From assembly GCF_029227915.1 (NCBI RefSeq), contig NC_079880.1:19707855-19771854 (forward strand): a stretch of DNA of 64,000 bases, written 5' to 3'. Made by a program: the position numbers and the translations under genes. The notes beneath the pieces were generated by a model that worked only from the letters and a program-made list of their open reading frames with translations, did not search any database and was not told the origin of the DNA. How positions within the stretch are numbered: position 1 is the first letter of the stretch; each line of letters opens with the position of its first letter. This document shows, one piece after another, positions 12,645 to 23,255 of this stretch. Source of the DNA: Hydractinia symbiolongicarpus (Eukaryota).

Positions 12645-12714
12645 AAATGAATCCAAAAAAATGCAGAGCAAGATATGGTTTAGATAGACAAGAACAATGG
12701 TGTAAACCTTGTCG
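12645..12714 (+). CDS. TCF: TCF exon 8 (C-clamp, first part): (E)[22 protein letters not shown](R)
   Basis: The translation matches the C-clamp of E-type TCFs ([25 protein letters not shown]). Acceptor tttttag|AA at 12644/12645 and donor CG|gtgagt at 12714/12715. Confidence 0.85.
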
Positions 12715-13130
12715 GTGAGTATTCTAGTTTTCAATCTTTTTTTTGCGTGCTTAAGTATTTTTTAGGTCACCTGTTTTTACTATGTGTGGCAAGAAAAGTT
12801 TAAAGGGGGACTGGTTTTTAGTTAGAGATCTGGTTTTAATGATTGTGGAAATTATTTTTAAAGTCAGGCATGCAGATGGCTCAAAGCTTCCTTTTTCTTT
12901 TTTTGTCATTTCTATTGAGAAAGCACGTAGTCTGAAATAAAACTGATGATAACACCAGGGCTCTTGGGTTGATTAAAGATTTTATGGGCAGGTATCTACT
13001 GCATATCTCCCTTTCATGCGACAACATTAACGTAAACCCTAGTAATAACATTGCAAGAATAAAGTAGCAACGTATTTTGTTTTACTAGGTTAATTCTTTT
13101 CATTGAATTATTTGCATTTTGTTTTTTTAG

Positions 13131-13575
13131 AAGGAAGAAAAAATGTATTCGATTTCTTGTCGGTGCAGATGGCGAAACAACAGAGGTTGCTGAAAAAGAT
13201 AATGAACACTCTGATTCAGATGATAATGAGAATAGAACTCAAATTAATTCAAAAGAAAATCTCCAAGAACTTGTAACCATGGCAACAAAAGATACACAAA
13301 ATATTACCTCCACTATTTTAAACAATAACAATTCTAGCATTGTGACAACATCGATATCACCAGGTACATCACCTGTCAGTAGTGATAGCACCTCGATATA
13401 TAAATTCTCTATTGAAGCTATTTCGTCTTCATCAGCGACCGATTCTTCGCTAGATTCTTCCACAATAGGATCTGTTACATACACATCAAATGGACGTACA
13501 TTTACAAACAGCATTGTATCGGATAGTACTCAATCGCTAGAAAGTTTGAAAACGATATCTGCACAGTGCTCTTGA
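13131..13575 (+). CDS. TCF: TCF terminal exon: (R)RKKKCIRFLVGADGETTEVAEKDNEHSDSDDNE... then a Ser/Thr-rich tail, stop TGA at 13573-13575
   Basis: Acceptor ttttttag|A at 13130/13131 completes the C-clamp (CRRKKKCIRF). The ORF runs open to 13575. An AATAAA lies at 13587-13592. Confidence 0.8.
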
Positions 13576-13586
13576 TTTAGTGTTGG

Positions 13587-13592
13587 AATAAA
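13587..13592 (+). promoter_or_regulatory. Candidate polyadenylation signal AATAAA for TCF
   Basis: AATAAA sits 12 nt after the TCF stop codon. The true 3' UTR may be longer. Confidence 0.35.
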
Positions 13593-14719
13593 GAAATTAT
13601 TTTTAAGCAATGCTTAACGTTATTCAAAATCTTTGATATCTTTCAATGCCCTAATGGATTATATATAACATTTTCGAAACAAAGTGCTATACAGGATTAT
13701 TATGCATATATATATATGATAGATGATATAGTTATATTATATATGTACAAAATGCATTGTGCTGCAGACATCCCATTAATATATATGATGTGTAATCACA
13801 TTCAGATATTCACCCAATAAAATGCCTTTCATACCTTTCAATACCTAAAATTTTGGTTTGTGGTCAATTTTATAATTTTGCATCACTAATTGTGATATGA
13901 TTCTAAAAATATCAATTGTGTTGGGTCTTGCGCTCCTTTCTTAGGTTGAACAATTTTCATCACTCTCGGTGTCGAACATGTTTCTGCAGCATGGCAAAAA
14001 TTAATTTAGCTCTTATTTTTTTTGGCTTAATATTTTTTATAAAAAGTTTGTTTAAAAATCCTTTTTTTCTTTTTTACCTCCTTTAACATGACTAAAAAAT
14101 CAAAAAGCAATCAATCTGGCAAAACACAGGGTCAACATGTCTATAAAATTTTCTTGTAACATATTGTATATACCTTCATGTTTTTTTTAAACAACCTTAT
14201 TCCTAGGCCTTTTAAACCTTCTTTTTGTCATTAATGTCGTTGATGTTTAAAAGTCCTGTGAACTAGGTTGTTGTTTTTTAACACTAACGAAGAGAGGTGT
14301 ACATAATATATTTCTAATTGAAGTCAGAAAAAAAATCAAAATGTTCTTATGTTTGTTCCTCTGTTTTTATTTACTAATCGTCTGGTTGTATGTTTATACA
14401 GCTTCTTTGTGGAAAACTGTTTGCAGAAACAGCTAAATATTGTTTTCAAAGAATATGCAAGTTGTGACTGATACCTGCTGACATTGAAAATACATTTTTT
14501 AAGAATTTTTGCGACTCCTTTATTTAACACAATCAAGAATCTTTCTTATATAACAAACTAAGCACTAAAATTAATCTTGTTAGCGCAGCTTTAAAAAATA
14601 AGAAACTTTTTGGTGGCTATTGTGTGTTACCTTGTATCGCAATTCTTCCCACAAGATTTGAAGAAAAATACTCAAAATGCTTACTTGTTTGTTAGATACG
14701 CACAAATTTAAGCAAAATA

Positions 14720-14840
14720 TAACACAGTAGTCAGTGGCCCGTGGATAATCACGGGTTCTCCGGTCCTTTATATACCGCGTTTCATGTGTCTCACTACTTG
14801 GGGTACCATTTTGTGCAGAGACAGGCATGACGGCTATTAT
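14720..14840. repeat. Dispersed short repeat, copy 2
   Basis: See copy 1 at 4225-4345. Confidence 0.5.
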
Positions 14841-15383
14841 TATAGAGAGAGGTAAATTCAGTATGTAATACTTGATAAATTAACCTTTATAAACAATATT
14901 AGAAACCATTTTTCTGGACAGATATTTTATTGCTTATGACACAGAATATTAATTTCACAATGTCATACAAAATTTGTCCGGAGAAATTTGGATTGTGCGT
15001 TATTTAAAGTGAGAAAGGTTTAATATGAAATATGCAGTGAAAGAATCATCTCGTCAAAAGTAATTTAGTAAGAATGTATAATTGTCTTGAAACAAAATCC
15101 TAACGCTCTTCTTTAACAACAGCAGCAATACATTCCAAACTTGTAAATTCCATTATTCCAAACTTGGAAATTCCATTTTGTTGCTCTAACACCGCAGGAC
15201 AACATCCAAACTACGAACTTTTTTACAGTTTGTCAACTGAATGCATGTTAACGTTACCAACCTCTTCCTAGTTTTTTTGTCTTTTATATTAGGACGGAAT
15301 CCCTGGGACGAGGTTTGGTGATTACCTACTTAAAAATTACGGTTTTTTAGAAAATTCCAGGATGTATTCTTCAGGTATTGAAT

Positions 15384-15752
15384 TTAAGCTTTTGTCTTTT
15401 TATTTATGATATAATTGGAAACGGATTTGGTAACAAATCGAATTTCACAACCATCTATATTGTAATATTCTCTACGTAGTAATCTAAAAGCAAGAAGGGT
15501 AACCAGTCTGGTCTTTGTTTTGTATCCATCAAACTTGAAATCTTTTCCACGTTTCTTCCATTTATCCCATATTTTGGCCAGCATGGCGTGATGTAACCAA
15601 AAAATCTGGAGAGTTAGCCGCACAATTTGACTGACCACCTGAAAATAAGAAGTATCAGTTTGATTAGTTAAATTGTCAACTGTTCCTTGTAGTGGTTTCA
15701 TTAATAGTAGAGTTACTATACCATTACTCTCACTGGCTTCTCTTTCATACAA
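15384..15752 (-). other. Unassigned ORF (122 aa with a non-ATG start in the ORF track; first ATG at residue 18), possibly an exon together with 16432-16614 (-). No family recognised.
   Basis: Open frames at 15384-15752 and 16432-16614 (-) share compositional features (KW/EYY motifs). Both begin at TTG in the ORF track, so the true boundaries are unknown. Confidence 0.2.
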
Positions 15753-16899
15753 GCAGATTCATTTAGCCTATTGCGATAACAAGTAAATTAGATTTTAAAA
15801 TAAATTTTGTGCGTAAAAAACTGATTGCTCGACTAATATTTTGGTCAAGAAAATTCTACTAAAATTTCTACTAGAAGAAAAAGCACGCTCTTTTCTCTTT
15901 CACAAGTAAAACAAAAACAAAAAAGTTAAATTTCAGTAGACAAGAACCTATTCTGCTGTTTTTAAGTCGTCTTTGTTGAAAGAAATGCAGCGAAAGAATA
16001 AGAGATACTTCAAATGCATATGGAGTGTCATTTTCCGAGCAGGATGTGGCGAAAATGTCTACTCAGAAACTTTGGAAAGTAAAATAACTTAAGCTAAAAA
16101 TCCGTTTCCAATTATATTACAAATAAACTGTTAAAAAGACAATGAAACGTAGTAAAGTTTGTTGTTTAGAAACAAAAAATCTCAATTTGTTAATTTCGCG
16201 CGAAAAAAATGGACAAGAGCACTTTGTAATTCCATCGCACTTTGTAACCCCATTGCACCGAAGGCTGTGTCGCAGTTACATCGACTATACACTTCTAGTA
16301 CTCTTTCACAATCATTGCATTGTTGTTTCGTTGCTTTATCCAAAGTACTATTACCAGGCCCAGGAAATGTCTAGCTCCCCCGAGTTTCAAGATCTTTCTT
16401 TTCATCCTCGAAATAACACCAGTTGAGTACCCTATTGAGATGATAGGAGACGGGCAAATAGTTCATAGTATAGGTTCCAAGAATGTTTGGGTTTGTGGTC
16501 CCACTTATCAAAGTACTCCGTCAGCTCCCTCCTTAGATTTTTATAGTATTCTTCCTTACGCATAGATAAATTATAGTCATCTTCATACATATAAAATAAT
16601 GCTTTTTTATACAAATAGCCGATGCTGGAGTCGACACTTTATTTCTTTTTTTCGCTTCTCATTAACAGAGATCTTTGTGTTTGCCATTTCTTTGCACGCT
16701 TTCGACCTACGCCAGAATTTTAGAAAAGAACAAAATTTTTGAGTATGTATTTTACCAATACTCGAAATATATTGGCGCATACGTGGTATGTGTCAAATGA
16801 CTTTTGTGCTGATATCAACAATTTTAATAATTTATGATATGTCGATGAAGTAAGAGGTTTTTGATGGACACCTGTAGGGAAGGGAACTTGAAGAGTCTT

Positions 16900-19870
16900 A
16901 AACCTACTTTGAAACATCCCCTACAAGTAGTCCTTTAAAGACTCGTGTACGCAGTTGGTGGAGATGTAAGGGTCTGCAGCCAAAGAAAAGACCTAGCACA
17001 TCCTAGTACATTGAAACTATTAGGGCAATACTGACTGTCATCTGTCTGGGCGCGTGACACCAGGTGATTGAGGTGTAGGAGCCTTAATCTTTATAAGGCT
17101 ATACCAGGCCATATTAAAGCCTTTAAAGACCTATGAACGTAGTTGACGGTGTTCTAAAGGTCTGGTGCCAGGGAAAACGAAATGGGATGTCGTAGTCCAT
17201 TGCAACTGGTATGGGTAACTAATTCATTTATGTTTGTAGCGCTCTTATAAGGCCGGAACAAAACTTTAGGGGTGTTTCCGTTCAACAATTGTTTTGTAAG
17301 AGTCGTGGAAAACATCTTGGGACATCGTGCCTAACGAAGAGACAAGATCCGCTTCTAGTTTCTTCGGGACGGTGCACTCAGTTGATAAACCTGTAGACAT
17401 TCGGCCCCGTTAAAAAACGAATGAGGCATCGTTTCATTGGGACGGGAAAACAACACCCGTGGTCACTGTCTGGTATCGCACAGGACCCTTATATGGCTGG
17501 AACAAGCCAAACTATAAATCTCAAAGGAATATGCACTCAGTTTCCGCCCTTGTTATTGTCTGACGTGGTGGAAAACAATTTTTAACGTCGTATCGCATTG
17601 AAAATCGAAGGAAAATATCAGTCGCCAGCTGGCTCAGTGCGTGAAAACATGTAATTTACTTATACAGCTCCCACAATGCAGCAACAGCCAATATTACAGC
17701 CTCTAGAGGACTGTGCACTCAGATGGTAGAACTTTTGAGAACTGTGGCAAACGACTTTGTACGTTGTACCTCATTGTAAATTGAAGAAAAAGATCCGTCG
17801 TCACCTTTCTGGGACGTTGAACGTCTGATTATTGTGTAGGAACCTGATGAGGCGCTACCTGGCCAGATTACAGCCTTTGAGGTAATGCGTACACAGTTGA
17901 AAACCGTTGCAAGCAACGTTGAACGTTGTGCCTCATTGATACTGAAAAGAACAGACCCTGGACCACCTGCCTGGATTCCTGTAACCACGGGATTTACATG
18001 TGGCGAACATATAAAGTTAAAAGAGGTTGATGGCATGTGCACTCGATTGCCAGAAACTTAGAGGTCTGAAACAGTGGAGAACAACTTTGGATGTCGTGTC
18101 GCATTGGAAATGGATGGACAAGACACGTTGCCATTTGTCTCGGAAAGTGAAAGCACGTTATTTACGCGTAGGGACAACAGGCTGTGTTACACCGTTTAGA
18201 GGACTTTACACACAGTTATTGGCCCTGTACAGAACCGACCCTGTGGGAAACGTATTCAGTCGTCACCGTCGTGGCATGTTGGGACTTGATTGATAAAACC
18301 TTCGTCATCAATCTGGGAGTTTTTAAGCACGTCATTTACGTGTAGATCGAGCATAAGTCAGCAACAGCCCATGTCACAACTTTTATAGGGCTGTCCATCT
18401 AATTGGTAGCAAGCACTGTAGAAGACTATCACCATGGCGAACGACTTAGGCGTCGGGCCAATTGCGTCTGGAAGAACAGCAACCATGGCCATAGCTTTAT
18501 AGCGTGCCAAAACTGGTTATCCGTGTAGGTTCCTCATAAATCGTCCCGCCCTTTAGGCTTCTGGCACCGGCGTAAACGACATTCCTCCATGTTCCTCCAT
18601 AGAACACTTCGTCTGAAGTCGTTTGCCATGGTACCAGGGCTCTATAAGGTTGGGAAATGAATGCAAATTGCCCCTAATACCGCAAAATGCACTGTTATCG
18701 CCTGTTACAGGCCCTACATGTATATCACCTTGCTCCACGCACTCATACAGGTCACAAGAGCTCTTTTCCTTCTAATTCCGACAGGACACAGCGCCTAAAG
18801 ACGTTTCCTCGGTGTTGGACCTCTTTTCCATTGCCAAATGAGTGCTGGTGCGTCTGAAGTCTTATAAGGGTCATACACGTACATCACATGGTTATACGTA
18901 CAAACACCTGGAATAAATTGTCTTATCCTTCCAGTCCTAACAGAGGATGACTTTGCAAGTAGTTTTCTACAGTCTCAAACTGCTACAAGACCAGCAACAT
19001 AGTGCACAGTCCTCTAAACGTTGTTGTATGTCTTGTTACCATCTAATGAGGAACCATCAATCACGTTGTTAAACACCCAGACAGTTTGCTTTTGATCTGT
19101 TACATTCAGACTCCATGGTACACTGTGTTCCAAGTGGTTTGCCACGGATCCAGGCCTACACAAAGGCGGAAATTAAGTATGCAAGCGACAAGAAAGCTGG
19201 CAACTTCTCTCGTACTTTCAGTCCTAATACGGAACGACGTGCTAAATCGTTTCTAGCGCTCGCAAACATAACTCAGTAGACATGCCTCCAAGGGCTGTAA
19301 TATTACCTCGTACTGCCTGATGAGGCGGCGGCTCTTGTCCTTCCAGTTCAGCTGGGTCACGATCTCTCAACCTAGAGATCTCTAAAAGTCCGGCAATTGA
19401 ATGCATAGGCCTCTAAAAGCTATTATGTGGCCTTATAAGGCTGTAGATGTAAGTCACGTCTTTCCACTTGACAGGTTGCCGCGAACCTTATTCTTTCAGT
19501 CTCAATGGAGAACGAAGTGTGTCATGGCCCTTTCCACTTGACAGGTTGCCGCGAACCTTATTCTTTCAGTCTCAATGGAGAACGAAGTGTGTCATGGCCC
19601 TTTCCACTTGACAGGTTGCCGCGAACCTTATTCTTTCAGTCTCAATGGAGAACGAAGTGTGTCATGGTCCTAGGCCTTTGCAACCGGGTGCACTTGTGAG
19701 TGCAAAGGTAGTAATATGCCATGGGAGACCCATAAGCGTCAACCACAAGGTTCCATACTCAAAGGCTTCAATGTGGCGACGGTTCTTCTCCTTCTATTGC
19801 AGCTAAAACACGTCCCAGGTCGTTTACCACTGTCCCAGACTTTATAGGATTAGCAATACAGTGTCAATAA
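16900..19870. repeat. GC-enriched degenerate satellite-like tandem array with divergent units of roughly 140-180 bp
   Basis: Local GC is about 45%, against about 30% in the flanks. Recurring blocks include (c)ttataaggc/tataggg, gtgcactcag(a/t)tg, cgt(c/t)gt(a/g)(c/t)c(g/t)cattg and ...tctgggacg at roughly regular spacing. Long ORFs are absent. Confidence 0.7.
19459..19668. repeat. Three perfect tandem copies of a 70 bp unit (CTTTCCACTTGACAGGTTGCCGCGAACCTTATTCTTTCAGTCTCAATGGAGAACGAAGTGTGTCATGGCC) embedded in the satellite array
   Basis: TTTCCACTTG recurs at 19461, 19531 and 19601. The three units are identical except for the last few bases. Confidence 0.95.
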
Positions 19871-22009
19871 ATAGGCTTGCAAACCAACATTCTTGTTTTT
19901 CCTAATAATTAAACAACAGAATTAGTTGTGTCATTATTGAGGATGTTTTATAATTTATTCAGCAAGAGCAATTTTTAGCAACTTTAGCCATATAATTCTT
20001 TGAGTATAGCAAGCTATATATCGTTTTAGCGATAAAATGTACTTACGTTTGTATATTTATTTTGTGGTCAGTGCGATTGATTTTGATAGAACTGATATTT
20101 TGATAGAAAAGAAGCTTTGAGTGTAGGAATTTTGATATAAAATATATCTGAAATCTTCAAATGGACGGTCTCAAAGACAGATTTATTGGTTTGGCTCAAC
20201 CTTGATCTTAGAGCTTTTTTCTCGCCGTCCTGTTTTCAAAGAGAAAACGGGCCCGGAGGTCAAGGTTGGATTTGGCCTTTTTAATGGCAGAAATGGTATT
20301 TCTAATAAGCATCGCATCTTAAAACATCTTTTTATTTAATGAAATACGGTACATGTGCCAAGGTAAATAAAAACCTCTTACAGCAAAATAAGGCAAACAT
20401 GAAAAAAAAGGTTAAATTGAAGCGACAAAATTACACAAACCATGAATCAAAGTAAATAAAGACAAAAAAAGAAGAAAAAAACACAAAATACTGAATAGTA
20501 TGAAAACGAGATTAGTTATGAAGATATTAGTAGCGCACATATGTGGTGTTATTTACATTACATCAAATTATTTCTATTTAGTAGCAATCTTCTTGCAAAG
20601 AACTGGAATTGATATATTTATGCCTTTTAAATGCTTTTTCTAAATCAATGTGAAATTTCAAGCTGTTTTGTCAAAATTTGTGATGCTGCTGGCATACATT
20701 CTGCATCTCTAGTTATTGAGTCGCGACTCTGCCTGTAGCTATACTGGCTGGCTACTAGCAAGCTAGTTTTGTTCCATTTTTTGAACTGATCAAAGTAATA
20801 CGAAGTGCTACTGAGCGTTAGTAAAGGGTACATTAAGTTTCAGTTCTAAATTCACTAGCACACAATAAATTAAAAATGTATTCACGTTATCCTAAAATTA
20901 TGGCTAGGTTTAGCTAGCTATCATAGCTATGCATACAATTTAAACTGTTTTGTCTATCTATACCAAGAAATAATACTCAGGTTTAAAATCACAGACCGAG
21001 CTTGCGAGGTCGATACGCTGACCAAAGGTAATATTTCTCGCAAGAGATATATAAAACAGTTATATTGTATCTATTAACTGATAGCTTTTTTGTTCAGGCT
21101 GTAAAAACCAGGATTATTTTCTAAAGATTTACTTGTGACAAAGTTGTAAAAGCCAGGAAAAAACGTTCGATTGGAATTTTGTTGTTTTAATTAAAAATTA
21201 TATCGTGCTGTATAAAGCCCGTCATGAAGGCTTTTTAGCTAATCAACGTTGTGAATTTCCCATTTAAACCGGTTGAAAATAGTTATCAGTTAATAAAACG
21301 AGATACGCACTTGAAATTTACAATATTTTCACTTTTTGTCACATCATCACTACCAATACCGTCTTTATAACTGTGGTAACTATGATATAGTAAAACTGCT
21401 AGTCAAAAGCTGTAAAAGTCAACATTCTGTGGATACATTCTTGAAACTTGCATGTAGACAAAGAGCATCTTATTTTCCTGTTGTTCTGTATTTTCACGTG
21501 CGTATTTCACGGAACGAAAACAAATATGGAAATAAGTATATTTTGTATTAGTATACATCTTTGTATAAACAAACTATCTTTTCGAATGTCTATATATAAA
21601 GAGAGTAATGGATATTGCAAATTTACCCTAAAATTAGACTAAATTTAGAATTTTAAGACTAAAATGGCTTGCCAAATATTGATGTTGTTTGCTTAGAATG
21701 TTTATCTGTTTCTTTTCGCTTAAGGAAGAATAAATGAATACTGAGGTCATAATAATCCAAAAACTCATGATGTGATCACGAGAGGGTCTTTAGAAAAAGA
21801 AAACGTGTGTCATAATCCGCCTTAACTTTTGTAGAATCAAAGAGGTTTAATTTACCAATAGCTTTCTTATCAATTACACTTGCACGTTGGAACGACTTCT
21901 TTTGTAAAGAAAGAGCATGCTTTTTTATGCATTAGCTCCATCACAGTGTTTCCTTGAAGCAGATAGAGTTATCGCTAAAAGCTGAATAATAAATTAATTT
22001 TTAAAACTA

Positions 22010-22969
22010 TCACGTTTCAAACGAAGGTTCCAAAACCCACAACGAATCTTCATTGTTAGCATTTCTTCTCTCTTCTCTACCTTTAAAAAATTTAAACCAC
22101 AGTAATAGACCAGTTATCAAGCAAATAAGACATACGCAACCTAATATGATACCAATGATCACTGTTTTATTTAAATTTTTATTTTCACGACGAGCCAATT
22201 CGCTGTGTTGTTTACCACATTTGCTGTCATGAGAAACAGTTTGGCAATTAGAGACACTGATTTCGCTACCATTTTTGTACTCTCTACATTGACGATTTTT
22301 TACAAAAGCACAGATAGTGTAATTAGAACACAGGTCCGAAGTATCAACCATGACTGTTTTATTTTTTGTCGTCTGATTATAAGAAAAAATGTGTATAAGT
22401 TTTGTTTTTGTTTCGTTTGATTTCCTATACTTAATTATCACCATTTGATTTTCCTCAATTAATTTCGGCAGTTTGTTAATCCATTTAAAATCAACAGAAA
22501 AACCAGTTTCAGTCGGAGAAATATCGAGTTTAACACCAAGGGAAAATCCATAACAATTCCAGTTATTAGCGCATGTCATGATAACGTAGGCAGGTTGAAG
22601 ATATTCAATAAATGCTTCATATCCAACCACTTTTAGCCTGATCGCATATGTAACTGCCAATTCAAAGTACTTCAAACTGCACATGACACCATTGCGACTT
22701 TTGACATTACATTTCCCTACAGCATCAACACGAAAATTGTTGCAGGGAGCGCTTGAGTTATTACATTTGCAATAAAAAGTCTCCGAGTTTGCTCGACAAG
22801 CTTGTAACGTATAGTTGTATTTACTGGCATCAAAAGAAACGTTTGTAAATCGAAACAACGACCACCGGACATTGTCGTATAAGAAAAAGTTTTTGTCGAT
22901 CAGAAATTTCAAATCCTGTTTTGTGTTTGCTTCACTAAATGTTATTAACACCAAATAGATCCACAACAT
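22010..22969 (-). CDS. Intronless 319 aa predicted type I membrane glycoprotein. It has an N-terminal signal peptide (MLWIYLVLITFSEA), a Cys-rich ectodomain with many N-x-S/T sites, an FN3-like juxtamembrane module (FKWINKLP...IIKYRK...NYTICAFVKN), a TM helix (VIIGIILGCVCLICLITGLLLWF) and a 26 aa cytoplasmic tail. No family assignment.
   Basis: A 960 nt open frame in about 30% GC DNA, where stops are frequent by chance, from a true ATG at 22969. The hydrophobic N-terminus and a single internal 23-residue hydrophobic segment followed by K/R residues support the topology. Confidence 0.7.
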   Translation of the reverse strand: MLWIYLVLITFSEANTKQDLKFLIDKNFFLYDNVRWSLFRFTNVSFDASKYNYTLQACRANSETFYCKCNNSSAPCNNFRVDAVGKCNVKSRNGVMCSLKYFELAVTYAIRLKVVGYEAFIEYLQPAYVIMTCANNWNCYGFSLGVKLDISPTETGFSVDFKWINKLPKLIEENQMVIIKYRKSNETKTKLIHIFSYNQTTKNKTVMVDTSDLCSNYTICAFVKNRQCREYKNGSEISVSNCQTVSHDSKCGKQHSELARRENKNLNKTVIIGIILGCVCLICLITGLLLWFKFFKGREERRNANNEDSLWVLEPSFET

Positions 22970-23212
22970 GATTAAAAATTTTTTTTAAAAGCACAGTTTA
23001 TTTTGGTTAAAGCAGCGGTTTTGTTCATATCAGATTTAATAGTCGAGAAGATCGACTTGTTTGATCAACACCTGGAATCTACACGCTACTATAAACTTCT
23101 TGTTACTATTAGTAGTAATATTTGTATCATGTATATACCAGGCATTGCATATAAAATACTAACGGAAAACGTCAATTACTACGTGCTAATGTTGCTTTCA
23201 ATGCGACAATTT

Positions 23213-23255
23213 TCAACATTTTAACAGGGTTTTAACCTCGGGTTAACCCTGTTAA
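23213..23255. other. Perfect 13 bp inverted repeat around a GC core (TTTTAACAGGGTT ttaacctcggg TTAACCCTGTTAAAA) forming a hairpin about 250 bp upstream of the 22010-22969 gene
   Basis: The reverse complement of TTTTAACAGGGTT is AACCCTGTTAAAA. A nested GGTTAACC palindrome is also present. Confidence 0.6.

Noticed and set aside
13239-13514. 91 aa - strand ORF antisense to the TCF last exon, plus other antisense ORFs such as 40659-40886 inside the LINE and 22205-22420 inside the membrane-protein gene.
   Set aside because: Each is fully overlapped by a better-supported sense-strand coding region. They are antisense artefacts.
17719-18293. ORFs of 107 and 88 aa inside the satellite array.
   Set aside because: They lie in degenerate tandem-repeat DNA and their translations have no domain features. 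The higher GC content raises chance ORF length.
19459-19668. Tandem direct repeats here and at 2010-2230, 42244-42603 and 33932-34022 were considered as possible CRISPR arrays.
   Set aside because: The repeats are contiguous with no unique spacers, units are 10-90 bp, and the sequence is eukaryotic (spliced DLAT and TCF genes, LINEs). They are satellites, minisatellites or LINE 5' monomers.
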